Shown here one piece after another: positions 41,187 through 50,829 of a DNA stretch of 64,000 bases. The position numbers and the translations under genes were made by a program. The stretch is from NCBI GenBank assembly GCA_037127815.1, contig JBAXXP010000004.1:4647-68646 (forward strand). The letters run 5' to 3'. Within the stretch, counting starts at the first letter, position 1, and each line of letters starts with the position of its first letter. The notes beneath the pieces were generated by a model, which was not told where the DNA came from, did no database searches, and worked only from the letters and a program-made list of their open reading frames with translations. Source of the DNA: a bacterium. GTDB taxonomy: Bacteria; Patescibacteriota; Minisyncoccia; Phycocordibacterales; CAIZLB01.

Positions 41187-41486
41187 ATGACAGGAGAAAT
41201 AGGAGCAAAGGGAGTAATAGTATTTCTAATTTCATTTATAAATGGAGTTGTAGGTTTTATAATAGGCCTAACTCTAGTTGTCTTTATATGGGGACTTTTC
41301 AAATTGATTTTTGCGAGCAGTGATTCAAAAGAGAGAGAGACGGCTAAAGGGTATATAGTTTGGGGAATTATCTCATTAGCTATCATGGTCTCTGTATGGG
41401 GGCTAGTTAATTTATTAACCTCATCTTTTGGTTTTGGTAGTGTTACTCCAATGGTGCCGGGATTCCCAAATACTTCTATATTTTAG
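41187..41486 (+). CDS. TrbC/VirB2-like pilin 4
   Basis: FIWG..., GYIVWGIISLAIMVSVWGLVNLL. Confidence 0.8.
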   Translation: MTGEIGAKGVIVFLISFINGVVGFIIGLTLVVFIWGLFKLIFASSDSKERETAKGYIVWGIISLAIMVSVWGLVNLLTSSFGFGSVTPMVPGFPNTSIF

Positions 41487-41605
41487 AATCCACAGTTTTT
41501 CTTTAATTGTGTATATAACTTTTAAATAATAGGGTATAATAGTATTAAGTGACGTTTATGTTGCTTAGTAAAAGATAACTTAGTATTTAATAAAATAATT
41601 TAATT

Positions 41606-41929
41606 ATGACAAATTCAACAACTGGAATTAGTGGACTTTACGGCCTTTTGGCCCAAGCTACTGATTTCACAAATAGACTTATTCCCTTTATCATTGGTCT
41701 TACTGTACTATTTTTCCTATGGGGTATTTTTAGATTGGTATTCTCAGCTAAGGATTCCGAAGCTAGAACAGAAGCTAGAGGCTATATAATTTGGGGGATT
41801 ATAGCTCTTGCTGTTATGGTTTCTGTATGGGGACTAGTTAACCTTTTAACAAGCACATTCAGTCTAAATCAAAATATTCCATCAGGTCCTGGTCTACCAC
41901 AAGCAGGAGGTTCAATTCAGCTTAAATAG
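41606..41929 (+). CDS. TrbC/VirB2-like pilin 5
   Basis: FLWG..., GYIIWGIIALAVMVSVWGLVNLL. Confidence 0.8.
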   Translation: MTNSTTGISGLYGLLAQATDFTNRLIPFIIGLTVLFFLWGIFRLVFSAKDSEARTEARGYIIWGIIALAVMVSVWGLVNLLTSTFSLNQNIPSGPGLPQAGGSIQLK

Positions 41930-41945
41930 TAATTTATAACTAATT

Positions 41946-42239
41946 ATGTCAGGAACTGTACCACCAGCATTGATGACCCTTATAACCTCAATTAGTAGGT
42001 ATATTCTTAATCCACTTATTGTACTTGCTTTCGCGGTAGCTATGGTTGTTTTCACATGGGGAGTTTTTGATTATATAAAAGGAGCTTCAGATCCAAAAGC
42101 TAGAGAAACAGGCAGGAGTCACATTTTATGGGGTATTATTGGTATCGCTATTATGTTTTCTGTTTTTGGAATAATGAGAGTTATTTCAAACACAGTTGGA
42201 GGTCCGACAAGTCAGATTCAGAATATACAGAAGCTCTAG
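41946..42239 (+). CDS. TrbC/VirB2-like pilin 6
   Basis: ILNP, FTWG, HILWGIIGIAIMFSVFGI. Confidence 0.8.
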   Translation: MSGTVPPALMTLITSISRYILNPLIVLAFAVAMVVFTWGVFDYIKGASDPKARETGRSHILWGIIGIAIMFSVFGIMRVISNTVGGPTSQIQNIQKL

Positions 42240-42249
42240 AGACTCAAAT

Positions 42250-42553
42250 AAAACAGCACGTACAAATTGTATATGCTGTTTTGTTTTTGATGGGCGAGGA
42301 AATATAGTCTTGAAAAGTGCTCTACTTTTAACAAAATAAAAATACACAGACTTGCGTCTGTGTATTTTTTCTGTGGGCGAGGAAGGACTCGGTGCATACT
42401 GCCCCAGTACACCTTTGCAATTTTATCGAATCTTTCAGGTTCTCAAAATATAGCAAAGCTTTTCTCGTCCCTCACGTATGTGCCTCAAAGCACACCCTCT
42501 CTCCCTTCATATTAAACAAAACAACATACACGGGTGTGTATGTTGTTTTGTTT
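42250..42553 (-). repeat. Two extra tRNA-Leu 3'-end fragments, each followed by a terminator-like hairpin
   Basis: + strand TGGGCGAGGA at 42291 and GTGGGCGAGGAAGGACTCG at 42373 match the tRNA end at 42557. Confidence 0.8.
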
Positions 42554-42554
42554 A

Positions 42555-42639
42555 TGGTGGGCGAGGAGGGACTCGAACCCTCAATCCTTACGGAACTAGT
42601 TCCTAAGACTAGCGCGTATACCAATTCCGCCACTCGCCC
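42555..42639 (-). tRNA. tRNA-Leu(TAG)
   Basis: GGGCGAG/CTCGCCC, loop CTTAGGA, variable arm, encoded CCA. Confidence 0.95.
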
Positions 42640-42735
42640 ATATTTATGATTCTTCTGAATTTAAGAATTCAATATTTATATAATACCAGAAGATGTTTTA
42701 AGATCCTATAGTATTATAGAGTTATTGAACTCTTG

Positions 42736-42808
42736 TCCGCCCGGTAGGATTCGAACCTACGACCGTTCACTTAAGAGGCGACTGCTCTACCAACTGAGCT
42801 ACGGGCGG
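42736..42808 (-). tRNA. tRNA-Lys(CTT)
   Basis: CCGCCCG/CGGGCGG, loop CTCTTAA, GGTTCGAATCC. Confidence 0.93.
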
Positions 42809-42907
42809 ATATGTTCACAATAGTACCAAGAAAGTGCACAAAATACAACCTCCCTTATCCTAATCATTGTTATCTCCTTGTGCTACCACTCCTTATTACC
42901 CTTACTA

Positions 42908-44185
42908 TTATCGCCTTAGCCCTTTAGCAGAAGCCTCGCCGGCAACAAAACCTGTTGTCCAGCATAACTGAAGGCTAAAGCCTCCAGAAGGCCTGTCAAC
43001 GTTCAGTATATCGCCAACAAGGTATAGGTTGGGGAATAGGCGAGAGGACATGGTTTTAAAATCGACCTCATCAAGAGAAACTCCTCCGCTTGTAATTATT
43101 GCCTTGTCCACTCCCAGCAGTTTTTCAACATGAAGTGGTACATCCTTTAGTAGATTTATAAGTCTGATTCTCTCTTCTCTGGTAATGCTATTGCAGGCCT
43201 TTTCTGGATCAATTAATGATAGATCTACAATGATGGGTGCGACAGCAGAAGGTACGATATTTACAAGAGCATTTCTAAATTTCTTTTTATCATGTTCTTT
43301 AAATAGCTCTTGAAGTTTAGTATTTAAAACTCCATAGTCTTCTGATGGTAATAGGTCTAAGGAGACAGTAACTTCTCCATACTTCAGAAGATCTCCAATA
43401 TCTCTACTCATATTTAGTATTGTTGGTCCACTTACGCCCACGTGTGTGAAAAGAATTTTTCCCTTCTTAAAGAAATGTTTTTTACCATTTTGAAAAATGG
43501 AAATCTTTATATCTGTCATGCTAATACCAGCTAATTTTGGAACCCACTCGTCTTTTATTGCTAGTGGAACAAGTGAGGGAATAGGGTCAATTACAGTATG
43601 TCCTATACTTTTTAGCCACACAAAGCCATCGCCGGTTGAGCCGGTAAGAGGAGCGGAAGCACCACCGGTTGCAATGACTACACTTTTTCCATATATCACT
43701 TTTTTGCCCTTTAGTGTTATTCCAACTATTTTTCTAGTTGCAACTTCATCATTCTCTACAGCAATACCCATAACTGGGGAGTTGGATAAAACTTCAACTT
43801 TATTTTCTCTCATGTAATTCACTAGTACGTCCAAGACGGATTGTGATTTATTCGAAACAGGGAAGGTTCGTAATTCATTTTCTACCTTTGTCTCCATTCC
43901 GTATTTGTGAAAGAAATCCAGCGAGTCTTTTACACTATGTTGCGAGAAAGCAGAGAATAAAAATTTACCATCGTCTTTAAATCTTTCTAGAAACTTTCTA
44001 ATATCAAATTCCGAGTTTGTAACATTGCATCTTCCTCCTCCTGTAATTAAAAGTTTTCTACCTAGTGTTTCATTTTTTTCAATAAGAAGAACCTTAGCGC
44101 CACATTCTGCTGCTCTTCCTGCCGATATCATGCCAGCAGGTCCACCACCTACTACTATTACGTCCCATGGGGTATTAGTTTCCAT
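42908..44185 (-). CDS. HI0933/BaiN (YhiN-like) flavoprotein
   Basis: GGGPAG, GRKLLITGGGRCNVTN, LFTHVGVSGP, ITSGGV, GGFSLQ. Confidence 0.93.
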   Translation of the reverse strand: METNTPWDVIVVGGGPAGMISAGRAAECGAKVLLIEKNETLGRKLLITGGGRCNVTNSEFDIRKFLERFKDDGKFLFSAFSQHSVKDSLDFFHKYGMETKVENELRTFPVSNKSQSVLDVLVNYMRENKVEVLSNSPVMGIAVENDEVATRKIVGITLKGKKVIYGKSVVIATGGASAPLTGSTGDGFVWLKSIGHTVIDPIPSLVPLAIKDEWVPKLAGISMTDIKISIFQNGKKHFFKKGKILFTHVGVSGPTILNMSRDIGDLLKYGEVTVSLDLLPSEDYGVLNTKLQELFKEHDKKKFRNALVNIVPSAVAPIIVDLSLIDPEKACNSITREERIRLINLLKDVPLHVEKLLGVDKAIITSGGVSLDEVDFKTMSSRLFPNLYLVGDILNVDRPSGGFSLQLCWTTGFVAGEASAKGLRR

Positions 44186-44287
44186 TGAGGTTATATTAGC
44201 ATTTTTTGCTCGTTGACCCAAATAGATAGTAAAATACATCTCATTGACTATTGATTACAATTAGCATAACCTGTCAGGTAGATAATA

Positions 44288-44321
44288 TTTGGGGTCAGGC
44301 ACCATGGTGCCTGACCCCAAA
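44288..44321. repeat. REP-like palindrome copy 2
   Basis: TTTGGGGTCAGGCACCATGGTGCCTGACCCCAAA. Confidence 0.85.
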
Positions 44322-44328
44322 TTAAACA

Positions 44329-44814
44329 ATGAAGTACCAAACAATAGATAATAGTATGAACATTATTCAAATCGTATCAGATATTTTAGCTCAAACAGTA
44401 GAAATTCACGGCTTACCTGAGTCACGCCTAGTGGCGTACTCACCGGGTTGGGGCACAGTAGTCGTTCCTAAATTTGATGTCTTAGCGGAGGATTTGCTTA
44501 AAATCGTTCGTCTTCAAACTCTTCTCAAAATAGTTGAAAGTAATACAGGTCTTCAGTCACAAGAAAGTGTTCTTGAGGACATTGGTAATGGGGTTCATGA
44601 TGACAATCCAAGTTTTAATAATTTTTTGCGGAACGATGGCGCGATTCGCCGTAGTGTTTATGTCCAAGTTATAACTTTGGAGAGATTGATTGTTGAATTG
44701 ATTCAGTCATTTATACCAGCTGAAAGCGACAGATTTGATGTTGCGTATCGTATTAGCACGGAAAAGCAAATTATGTTCCATGAAGTCTGTTTTTTTGGAG
44801 GATCGTCTGATTGA
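44329..44814 (+). CDS. Hypothetical protein (ORFan)
   Basis: 161-aa ORF, terminator-like hairpin near 44867-44899. Confidence 0.65.
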   Translation: MKYQTIDNSMNIIQIVSDILAQTVEIHGLPESRLVAYSPGWGTVVVPKFDVLAEDLLKIVRLQTLLKIVESNTGLQSQESVLEDIGNGVHDDNPSFNNFLRNDGAIRRSVYVQVITLERLIVELIQSFIPAESDRFDVAYRISTEKQIMFHEVCFFGGSSD

Positions 44815-44998
44815 GATCTTGTGGCTAATTATTATTCCTTCTAAATTTACCTCATCATCCAAACGGAAACCCCTCCGTTTCGGTATGGTGGGGTTTTTGT
44901 TTTATTTAATTTTAATATTTATCTAAGTTAAGTACGGTCTGCATGTTATAAAATATGCAAAAAAACTGCACAGCTTGGTAGCTGTGCAGACTGAAAAT

Positions 44999-46216
44999 TT
45001 AGAGCCTTCCAGTTCCGGCTTTTTTGTTGTGCCCATTTTTTGCAACCATAAGTGTCAGAATAATCATAAGCGATCCCGACATTATCCAGGCTGATGGAAT
45101 CCCAAAACGATTCGCAACGTATCCACTCGCAAATAGTCCAATCATACCACCAAGGTGGGGTGATATGGCTTCAAAGGAGCTTATCGTTGCTCTTGCGTGT
45201 GAGGGAATGTTATCTTGAAGGAACTTATCTTTCAGCGGAGCAAACATACCTCTTGGAATTTCATGGAGAATAAACACTGCGATGCCTACTGGAAATGGTA
45301 TTATCGTAATAATTAATGTCCCAAATCCAATTAACAGCTGACAAATAGTTAAGGCCTTTTTTTCATCCTTAACTAATGCTAGGAATTTATTAGCAAGTAG
45401 TGAACCTGCCGTTAGTCCAAGCATCATACCTGCCCAAATGTATCCTAAAGATTTTTTGTCATGAAGATAATCTAAGAAGTATGGTTGCCATTGCATGTTT
45501 AGAGCTTGCACGGCAAAGACTTGAATAAGACCAGCAACCAAAAGGAATCTAATCACTTTGTTGTTGATACCAAATTCAATACTTTGCTTGGTGGTTTCTT
45601 TCATCGCCGAGAGCCCCAGCTTGAAGGAAAATTCTTTTTTGACGAAGTACTCTTCCTTAAGCCAGAACATTGCGATTATTCCCGTTATAAGCGAGAAAAA
45701 CCCAAGCCATATCCATGGCAATTCAATACTGATGTCTGCAAGTTGAGATCCAATTAAAGCAGAAATAATTCCAGCGATTAAGCTAAAAATTTGTGCTCTG
45801 GAAAAGACCTTATGCAGTGATTCTGTGTATCCATGATGTTGTAGTTTATCGACAAGCCAGGCTTTAAAGGCCCCACTTGCAAAAGTTGCACCAATTGCCA
45901 AAACTGCTTCTGATGCTGCAAAGCCCCAGAATGATTTTGAATAGGCGTACATGAATCCACCGATTGTCGTGAGTAAACACGACATAACAAATGAAGATTT
46001 TCTTCCAAAAATATCTGCAAAGGCACCTGTTGGTATCTCACAAATAAATAGGGTTGAAAAATAGACTAAATTTACCAAATTCACTTCAAGTAGGTTTAAA
46101 CCATTGGAAATGAGGAATGATACGTATACCGCCGCAATTGCGCCTCTTGCGAAGCTCAGGAGTGACGTGAGTGTGACATATTGGACGATTGTCCGTTTTT
46201 GTAGGTTCATAATCAA
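44999..46216 (-). CDS. MFS transporter (efflux-type)
   Basis: About 12 TM; EIPTGAFADIFGRK, SGAFKAW, RATISS. Confidence 0.92.
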   Translation of the reverse strand: MIMNLQKRTIVQYVTLTSLLSFARGAIAAVYVSFLISNGLNLLEVNLVNLVYFSTLFICEIPTGAFADIFGRKSSFVMSCLLTTIGGFMYAYSKSFWGFAASEAVLAIGATFASGAFKAWLVDKLQHHGYTESLHKVFSRAQIFSLIAGIISALIGSQLADISIELPWIWLGFFSLITGIIAMFWLKEEYFVKKEFSFKLGLSAMKETTKQSIEFGINNKVIRFLLVAGLIQVFAVQALNMQWQPYFLDYLHDKKSLGYIWAGMMLGLTAGSLLANKFLALVKDEKKALTICQLLIGFGTLIITIIPFPVGIAVFILHEIPRGMFAPLKDKFLQDNIPSHARATISSFEAISPHLGGMIGLFASGYVANRFGIPSAWIMSGSLMIILTLMVAKNGHNKKAGTGRL

Positions 46217-46269
46217 TTTTATTCTATTGTTGGTGTCGTTTTTTTTGGCTAGTGCTGAGTAAAAAAATA

Positions 46270-46303
46270 CAAGAAAAAATCTCGGCTTTTACTCAGCCGA
46301 GAT
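46270..46303 (-). terminator. Leader terminator (attenuator) upstream of the MFS gene
   Basis: Minus strand ATCTCGGCT-GAGTAAA-AGCCGAGAT-TTTTTCTT. Confidence 0.8.
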
Positions 46304-46332
46304 AGTTCTAAAATTGATTAAATATTTTGTAT

Positions 46333-46473
46333 CTAAGAGTTTGAGTTAAAATTATCACGGCTGAATATAAGTTTTGATGTTCCTGCGTCTGTTGATAGGA
46401 ACATGGCAAAAAACGCACCAATGTTGTGAATGGGTGAATTTCCTTTATTCATTTGTTGATAACTTTGAGTCAT
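46333..46473 (-). CDS. Putative 46-aa leader peptide (MTQSYQQMNKGNSPIHNIGAFFAMFLSTDAGTSKLIFSRDNFNSNS)
   Basis: ATG just after promoter TAGACA-17-TAGCAT; contains antiterminator TATTCAGCCG. Confidence 0.6.
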   Translation of the reverse strand: MTQSYQQMNKGNSPIHNIGAFFAMFLSTDAGTSKLIFSRDNFNSNS

Positions 46474-46617
46474 ACCAAAATGCTAACACGGAGTTGTTGG
46501 TATGTCTAGTATTTTGATTCTATAAAATTAAATGTGGAGTGATGTTGTTTATATTTTAGTTTTTTAAGATATACTATTATTGGAAGAGTGAAGACTTAAT
46601 CAAAGGAGAATAAAATC

Positions 46618-46923
46618 ATGAGACCATCAGATCAAAATGAAACTCTGCCGTCTATAGGTGATTTGGCAGACCTCGTTGTAGAAAGAGCTGAAAATCAAGG
46701 CGTACCTATTGGAAAAGTAATTCACATTGTGGCAAATGAATACGGAGTCACAGCATCAGAAATTGGAAGGGAACTAGGTTTGCGGGCTCAGGCCGCAAAG
46801 TTGCGTGAAAGGCGGGAAATCTTAGAGTTTCTCTATTCAGAAAAAATAGAGTGTGGCGCAAGACAAAATCAAGAAGCACTCGTCGAGGGCTTCAGAATTA
46901 CTGGACATGAGGACGATCTTTAG
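46618..46923 (+). CDS. Hypothetical protein with HTH-like segment (ORFan)
   Basis: AGGAG SD; VANEYGVTASEIGRELG; terminator TGGCGGCGAGGG-AAA-CCCTCGCCGCCA. Confidence 0.7.
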   Translation: MRPSDQNETLPSIGDLADLVVERAENQGVPIGKVIHIVANEYGVTASEIGRELGLRAQAAKLRERREILEFLYSEKIECGARQNQEALVEGFRITGHEDDL

Positions 46924-47122
46924 TGGTGGCGGCGAGGGAAACCCTCGCCGCCACATTTTTATTAGCAAAAACTTTCTGACTTCGATGTTATTTTACTAGT
47001 TATGCTGAAAATCTTTTGTTTTTCTCTAGAATTTATTTATAGGAACTTCATGTCTGTTTGGTATTCTTCATAGGCATTGAATATCTTTTTATTATAACCA
47101 CTAGATTGACAATGTATATAAT

Positions 47123-47485
47123 ATGTATATACCTGAACAAGGAAATATTATCAAACTAAACTTCAATCCAATTAAAGGACACGAGCAAGGTGGATACAGA
47201 CCGGCTGTAGTAATAACCAAAAAGATATATAATTCTAAATCTAATACTATTTTGATTTGTCCAATCACTAGTAAAATTAAGAATTATCCGTATGAAGTGA
47301 CCATCGAGATGGAGGGGTTCACTGATAACGATAATCTGGGATTGGTGAGCGACATTTCCGGAGTAGTATTAACAGACCATATTAAGTCTGCAGACTATAA
47401 AGCAAGAAAAGTTAATTTTTCAGGTAGATTGAAAGAGATTGTTGTGTGGAATATTTTAGCTAAAATTAAAACTTTGATAGATTAA
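47123..47485 (+). CDS. MazF/ChpB family endoribonuclease, no cognate mazE seen
   Basis: YIPEQGNII..FNP..GHEQGGYRPAVV, CPITS, DHIKSADY.AR. Confidence 0.92.
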   Translation: MYIPEQGNIIKLNFNPIKGHEQGGYRPAVVITKKIYNSKSNTILICPITSKIKNYPYEVTIEMEGFTDNDNLGLVSDISGVVLTDHIKSADYKARKVNFSGRLKEIVVWNILAKIKTLID

Positions 47486-47647
47486 ATAGATTGCTACATA
47501 ACTTCAATAAGTACTTTGGTGTGGCGGAGGCTTATTTAGGTGAATAAAAAACCGCCCTCATTCGAGGGGCGGCGGTTTGAAGTATTGCATTTGCAAAACT
47601 CCGATGACAATTTTGTTCCAAGAAGTCATCCTTCTTTGATGATTTGG

Positions 47648-48109
47648 CTATTTTGTTGGAGCCTCCACCAATGACAGTAGGTGGTTGTAACTCACCTCCA
47701 GCTTACGAAGAAGGAAACTCTCTTTTGGAGACCGCTCCTTTTGACCATAGTAGGTAACCCAGTCGTTAAAGAACGCAAGTCTAAAGCTAATGTACTTGCG
47801 TAAATTAACTCCTTCTTCTTGTTCTGCCATTTCCAGTTCCTGTTTCAGTGCGTATAAGCACTCTCCGTCATCGTGGTCTCTAGTGGGTTCAATGATTTCA
47901 TGGATTAACCCGAGTTCCCGATATTCCTTCGGATAAGCATCGCTAATCGCAAGTACTCCATCTTTGAAAATGACGAAGTTTGCGGGTGCATATTTTCCTG
48001 TTGAAAACTCTGCGCTGATTATGGCATAGGTGTAAATCTCTCCGGCGTAAGTGAGATTTGCCTGTCCGATAACGTATGGGGTAAGCCATAATGGAATCTG
48101 TTTGATCAT
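47648..48109 (-). CDS. Hypothetical protein (ORFan), HExxE motif
   Basis: LIHEIIE; own promoter at 48180-48207 and hairpin at 47551-47577. Confidence 0.7.
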   Translation of the reverse strand: MIKQIPLWLTPYVIGQANLTYAGEIYTYAIISAEFSTGKYAPANFVIFKDGVLAISDAYPKEYRELGLIHEIIEPTRDHDDGECLYALKQELEMAEQEEGVNLRKYISFRLAFFNDWVTYYGQKERSPKESFLLRKLEVSYNHLLSLVEAPTK

Positions 48110-48313
48110 TTTTTTGTGTTTCTCTTGTTTGAATTTAAAGGAGGAAAGCGGTGTGCTTTCCTGATCTGTTTCGTTAATGACAATAACATGTTTTAGGTAA
48201 ATGTCAAACTGTTCGCCAGTAGATTTAAATAGTTTTATCGATCTATGTCTAAATAAAAAACTCGCTGCAAGAAATGCTAGCGAGTTTTTTGTTTTGTGAT
48301 TTTTAAAAATCGA

Positions 48314-48958
48314 TTATTTTTCAATGACTATTTCCTCCTTTGAGAATCTAACTTTCTTGTCATTTGCACTTGTATCAGCTTCTGATCTGTATCCAACTGG
48401 ACACATTACAACTGATTCAAGACCAAGCTCAGCTAGTCCAAGAAGTTCATCAACTTTCTTGCTATCAAATCCTTCCATTGGACATGAATCAATTTTCTCT
48501 ACAGCACATGCTGTTAGTAGTGTTCCAAGGGCAACATAAGCTTGTCTGGCAGCCCAATCTTTTACAGCCTGTACTCCACCTTGTTCTGTCTTTGATTTGA
48601 TTGCTCCCTTAATCATTTGACTATATCCATCTAGATTTGCTACATCAACTCCGCGAGTTGTAGAAACAGTACCTATGAACTTATCAACAAAGGCGTCATT
48701 CAAATCCGTAGGTATAGCAAAAACAACAAGATGTGAAGCATCTGTTACTTGTGTCTGACCCCATGAATTATTTTTAATCTCAGTTCTTGTTTCTGGATTT
48801 TTTACAACAATGATTTTCCAAGGTTGTAGTCCATATGATGAAGCTGATAATCTTGTAACTTCGAGTAGGTTATTAAATTGCTCATCTGAAAGCTTCTTTT
48901 CTGTATCAAAAGCTTTTGTGGCGTATCTCCAGTTCATTGCATCTAAAGTTTGTGTCAT
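48314..48958 (-). CDS. NfsB-like nitroreductase
   Basis: WRYATKAFD, SASSYGLQPW, IDSCPMEGFD, KKVR. Confidence 0.95.
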   Translation of the reverse strand: MTQTLDAMNWRYATKAFDTEKKLSDEQFNNLLEVTRLSASSYGLQPWKIIVVKNPETRTEIKNNSWGQTQVTDASHLVVFAIPTDLNDAFVDKFIGTVSTTRGVDVANLDGYSQMIKGAIKSKTEQGGVQAVKDWAARQAYVALGTLLTACAVEKIDSCPMEGFDSKKVDELLGLAELGLESVVMCPVGYRSEADTSANDKKVRFSKEEIVIEK

Positions 48959-49078
48959 AAATATTTTAAATTATTAATTGATAATGGATAGTTATTATAT
49001 ATCCTATGATATAAAAGGTAAACGAAATATGCTGAATAAATTAGTATTTACTACAGAAAAATGTGTTAGAATGTTTAC

Positions 49079-49249
49079 ATGAGCAGAAAAACCTTAATTT
49101 ATATATTCATGGTGGTGGGGTCAACGGCTGGTGGATATTTGCCATTATTGTGGGGTGATAGTTTTTTCTCAATGACCTCTGTTGTTCTGACTGCCGTAGG
49201 TGGTTTTCTTGGAATATATCTAGCGTATAAACTTGGTCGGAATTTCTAG
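49079..49249 (+). CDS. Small two-TM membrane protein, 56 aa
   Basis: MSRKTLIYIFMVVGSTAGGYLPLLWG...GGFLGIYLAYK; TAGAAT just upstream. Confidence 0.7.
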   Translation: MSRKTLIYIFMVVGSTAGGYLPLLWGDSFFSMTSVVLTAVGGFLGIYLAYKLGRNF

Positions 49250-49340
49250 GTGTAACGTTAAAAAACGCTATTTTGTTTCAATTGACACAAAATCGATTGA
49301 TGGGTGTATAATATAGTTGTTATTAGATAACAGAAAAAAT

Positions 49341-49691
49341 ATGAAAATCATCATAAAAGGTACAAACATTAATATTTCAGAACCAATCGAAGACTATCTT
49401 TATAAGAAGATGTCCTCTGTGGAGAAGTTTATTAATGATACCACTAAGGTTGAAGTTGAATTGAAAAAGACAACTAACCATCATAAGACAGGTGATATAT
49501 TTATGGCAGAAGTTAATGTTTGGAGTAAGGGAAAACTAAATAGGGTAGAGAGAACTTCTGAAGATATATATTCTGCAATTGATTTGATGCAAAATGAATT
49601 ATTTGATCTTTTGTCTACTGAAAAGGATAAAAGCCACACCCTATTTAAAAGAGGGGCACAGAAGATTAAGAATATGTTTAGAAGAGGATAA
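49341..49691 (+). CDS. raiA: Ribosome hibernation factor (RaiA/HPF)
   Basis: IIIKGTNI.ISEPI..Y..KK, EDIYSAID. Confidence 0.9.
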   Translation: MKIIIKGTNINISEPIEDYLYKKMSSVEKFINDTTKVEVELKKTTNHHKTGDIFMAEVNVWSKGKLNRVERTSEDIYSAIDLMQNELFDLLSTEKDKSHTLFKRGAQKIKNMFRRG

Positions 49692-49788
49692 ATAAAGATG
49701 GGGCGATGGCAATATAAAATGCATTCGAAATAATTAGAAACAATAAGATAAAAAATAACCCTCTAGTATGAGGGCTATTTTTTTTGCT

Positions 49789-50751
49789 TTAGTTTTTACC
49801 AGTACCCTCCATACTTTGAAGAAAAGATTTCCAGGTCATTTCTTTTCCACCTTCAGGTACCACTTTGGTTATATGTAGTTTGCGGCCATCTTCTGCATAA
49901 TCTATCCATTCAGCATCCTTTATAATTACACGCAGTTTTTTAGTTTCTCCTTTAATTAACTTATCAATGAAAAAATATGCTCCAGGCCACTCCTCAAAGG
50001 CTCTAATTTTCAAAATATTTTGTCTTTGTTCTGATTCGTCTGTTGTCCATGGGTCAATTTGTCCGTCTTCTTTTGTTATTTTCTTTGTGAATGTCGCAAG
50101 GCTATGGTTCTGTTCTATTAGTTTTAATTCACTATTTATATATGCATCTATATTTTCAGAAATAAGCTCCGCTCCAATGTTTGCTGTGATTGATTCAAAC
50201 TCAGAATATTTTACTGGCCAATCTGCAATGCTTGCAATATCTACTTCTTTTTGGGCAAAAATTGGGCCATGGTCCATTTCCTTATCCATTTTAATAACAG
50301 TAACCGCTGTTTTGTTTTTGTCTGCTAGTATTGTTGATTGTAATGGGGAAGCGCCTCTGAATTCTGGAAGCTTAGATGGATGAACATTCAGAGCTCCAAA
50401 ATCTGGGATTTCTAAAAATCTTTCTGGAATAATTTTTCCGTATGATGCTACAATAAACAGTTTTGGTTTTTCTGGTGAACCTGAAGAATTTGTAAAATTA
50501 TTTAGCTTATCAAAGGCTTCGTCATTTAATTTTGCAAATTCTAAATGGGGGATATTATGTTCAATAGCCCACAACTTTGTTGGATTAGCTGTGAGTACTA
50601 ATTTTCTACCTTGTGGCTTATCTGGAACGGTTACAATTGCATCAACCTGCATACCAAAACTCTGCATTGCATTTAGTACTTTGACGGACATTACAGATGA
50701 GCCAAAGAAAATTAATGGAGAATAGTTTTGTTTTTGATTTGAGTTAGTCAT
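49789..50751 (-). CDS. fmt: Methionyl-tRNA formyltransferase
   Basis: PDKPQGR, ASYGKII, NVHPSKLP.FRGASP, MDHGPI. Confidence 0.96.
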   Translation of the reverse strand: MTNSNQKQNYSPLIFFGSSVMSVKVLNAMQSFGMQVDAIVTVPDKPQGRKLVLTANPTKLWAIEHNIPHLEFAKLNDEAFDKLNNFTNSSGSPEKPKLFIVASYGKIIPERFLEIPDFGALNVHPSKLPEFRGASPLQSTILADKNKTAVTVIKMDKEMDHGPIFAQKEVDIASIADWPVKYSEFESITANIGAELISENIDAYINSELKLIEQNHSLATFTKKITKEDGQIDPWTTDESEQRQNILKIRAFEEWPGAYFFIDKLIKGETKKLRVIIKDAEWIDYAEDGRKLHITKVVPEGGKEMTWKSFLQSMEGTGKN

Positions 50752-50829
50752 TTCGATTTTGTAAATGTTAGGCTATTTTGACAATTTTTTTAGAGTGTCT
50801 GTAGTATACCGTAATTATTCTTTCTCTAA

